Assembly (NCBI GenBank): GCA_973895155.1 | Contig: OZ316894.1 | Span: forward strand, 18,576,805 to 18,640,804 | DNA from: Marsupella aquatica | Taxonomy: Eukaryota; Plantae; Marchantiophyta | Direction: 5' to 3' | DNA: 64,000 nt | In this document: piece by piece, positions 61,624-64,000 of the stretch | Layout of the letters: each line of letters begins with the position of its first letter | How positions within the stretch are numbered: the first letter of the stretch is position 1 | The notes under the pieces: generated by a model | Told to the model about the DNA's origin: nothing | The model's database searches: none | Seen by the model: the letters and a program-made list of their open reading frames with translations, nothing else | Made by a program: the position numbers and the translations under genes

Positions 61624-64000
61624 TTATTACAGAAGATAAGCAACAGGGGAATGAAACTAGCAGACGCGGGTAGAGCATTACCAATTTTTCAAAATGCAAC
61701 CGCGTGTTGCTCAAAGTTGGTGGCGAAGGCTGCTGCTGCTGCTGAATCGTCATGCCTACAAACAGTCCGAAAATGTCCTGGACATTCTGGCCCATTGCTG
61801 AGAGCTATCCTTCCCTCAGGCATTGCAGGTGTCGTTGGGCCTTCCAGAGCAAGTGCCTCTCCCTTCGGAACTGGATAACACTCCTCCGCACCAAAAGTAC
61901 GAACAGATACAATGATAGTTGACGGCATCTGAGCGGTAGGCAGTAGCGCACGTTGCATCCATGGGTAGGGCGGGAACTTTAGATGAATGTACACCGACGA
62001 AAGAGATTCACCAAATGGATGGCAGCGGTATGCGTAGTTTTATTGTTCCCCAATACTACGCCTCCTCCCAATTGCTATTGAGGAAAATGTTGATGTGTCG
62101 ACCTCGAGCCTTCCATACTCCAAGCAACTTAGACGGCCCTAGTAAGCTTGGAATGCGAAACGTGCCCACCGCAGGACTGGCGTGGAATCTAATGTGCTAG
62201 TATCGATCATACCATCTCGCACTGAGAGCACAACAAGTTTGCTTTCACGTGAGAAAGAACTGTCTGCTTGGGCAATACATGGAGGAGATCGAATATTAGG
62301 CTATTGAAAACAAGACACATAGAACTTTCTGAACCGTCCGAAGATTTCGAGGACCAGTGGAAACTGCCTAGGGGTTCGCTTGCTAGGAGCGCAGAGAATC
62401 CTATTGGGTTGTTCATCATATATGTGGCGTCTAGCTACGATTCACTCTCTAGAACAACACCGTCAAGCTGTGGCTCTTTATAGTACGTTAGTTTATACAC
62501 ATACAGAGATATAGAGAACCTGGCAAACTAGGCCCACCATCCGAGAATAAAAGACAACGTTTCGTACACTCCGCGCGAATCTCTTCGTTAACCGTCAGTG
62601 TATCGTCATCAAACCTGTGCACCACTTTTATCGGGCGACTCTAACTTACGAGATATAGCTTTCCTTCTTTACGGCAGAACGTGTGTTTCAATGGAATAGA
62701 CAAATTTTCTCAGTATCCGATATTCTGGGATCGAGAAATGCTCGATCGACTCGCAATAAACTATGTAGAATGATGAGTAACATCAACGTCTACACTGATT
62801 AGTTATGGTCAACCCTAAACAGATTTCTAGCGTTACGTGTTAGTTCCCCTAAAATCAATCGAGATCTGTATTCCTGGATTATATCTCATAATAAGAACGG
62901 AAACGAAAACTTGGAGGAGATCGAGCGCATCACAAGAAATAACACTCTTTTGGTTGGCCTGAGCTGCTTCTACAAAGTTCAATTTGTCTATGCACTTAAG
63001 AGTGTCACGATGGCAAGGTTCTGGTATCTAGAAATGGATCTAGGAATTACAACAAACTTGGTGAAATGACGTTCAAGACCGAACAAGAATTACAGGCTTC
63101 GCAAATTGAATGACCGACCGATACAACTGATGAATATCGAAGAAGTCTGCAACCTGGTCATTTATGGCAATGAGAATCGAGATTGTTGTCCGTTTCCGTC
63201 TCGATCTATTGTAGGTAAGAAGCCTTTCAGATCGATCGACCTTAGTTCTGTAGAGATTCTTCCCCAGGACGCTTGCATATTCAGCTTCCTTGTATACTGG
63301 AGGATATGATTCACTGTGGACCTTGTCTACATTTGCCACATCCTCAACTGGATAGTTTACCATCCATCAAAGTGAGACCTGCAGTCGTTCCAAGGAAATG
63401 TACTGAGTGAAGGATAATCTTTCATGTATCCAAATGAATCCTGTAGGCATTGAAAAAGGCTGAGTGACTGTGGAACAATCTCGTCGTTTCCTGACGAAGG
63501 TTCTGCTGCCTAAACCAGAAAATTGCAATGAGTTGCACCTGATGCAGACTACGGCCAGCTGATGGTGAAGGGCATCGACGAGGGCTGGTGAGAAGTGAAT
63601 CACATTGTATTTCTAGGGGACTGCTCGAGCCTAATGTTGCACGAGTCACAGGTGTTCTAGATTCGGCATTCGCTTCCTGCAGATGTGTTCCGACGTACGT
63701 GTTGGAAATCGTCAGATGAGTATGATTTCTTCACCATCGCTGTTCATAATACGGGGATGAATATGACGGCGCAGAGAGACATGTTGCCCTGAGCGTCTTA
63801 AAATACTCCAACAATCCAACATGCTGGACGTCCACACGCTAATTGTATTTTCCGTTTATATAAGCACATCGCAACCAGTTCATTCGAGCGTGGAATTTTT
63901 TTAGATAGATAAATCTCCTGCTGGAAAAGCTGAGATTACTAGACATTGAAAAGCTCTTGGAGCCAGGTCCGTCCGAAATTCTAAACATGACAGAATAAAA

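Noticed and set aside
63073-63649. Short ORFs at the window end
   Set aside because: No recognisable domain or consistent exon chain within the window.

Overview
Eukaryotic nuclear DNA from a land plant, judged from spliceosomal introns, plant TE families and plant-type BAG/MFS/MIC10 genes. A non-seed plant such as a bryophyte is only a weak guess. The first ~26 kb is a nested transposon block: a decayed CACTA transposase, a TA-flanked TIR element enclosing a decayed gag, a ~3.7 kb solo-LTR-like element carrying an ORF, and Copia-like LTR remnants. The solo-LTR-like element is split by a young, minus-strand Ty3/Gypsy (non-chromovirus, Athila/Phygy-like RT). This Gypsy is the most unusual feature. 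Its 5' LTR appears to be ~3.2 kb long and contains an intact 627-codon coiled-coil ORF upstream of the PBS, and its gag-protease/RT junction carries a plant-virus-type -1 frameshift signal (G GAU UUU + 5 nt + 9-bp stem). The rest is gene-rich: a 13-exon HIAT1-like MFS transporter with a duplicated splice acceptor, Helitron debris, tRNA-Cys(GCA), an intronless IQ-BAG co-chaperone and a disabled paralog, MIC10, and two unassigned protein-coding genes. All calls are by eye; no searches were run.
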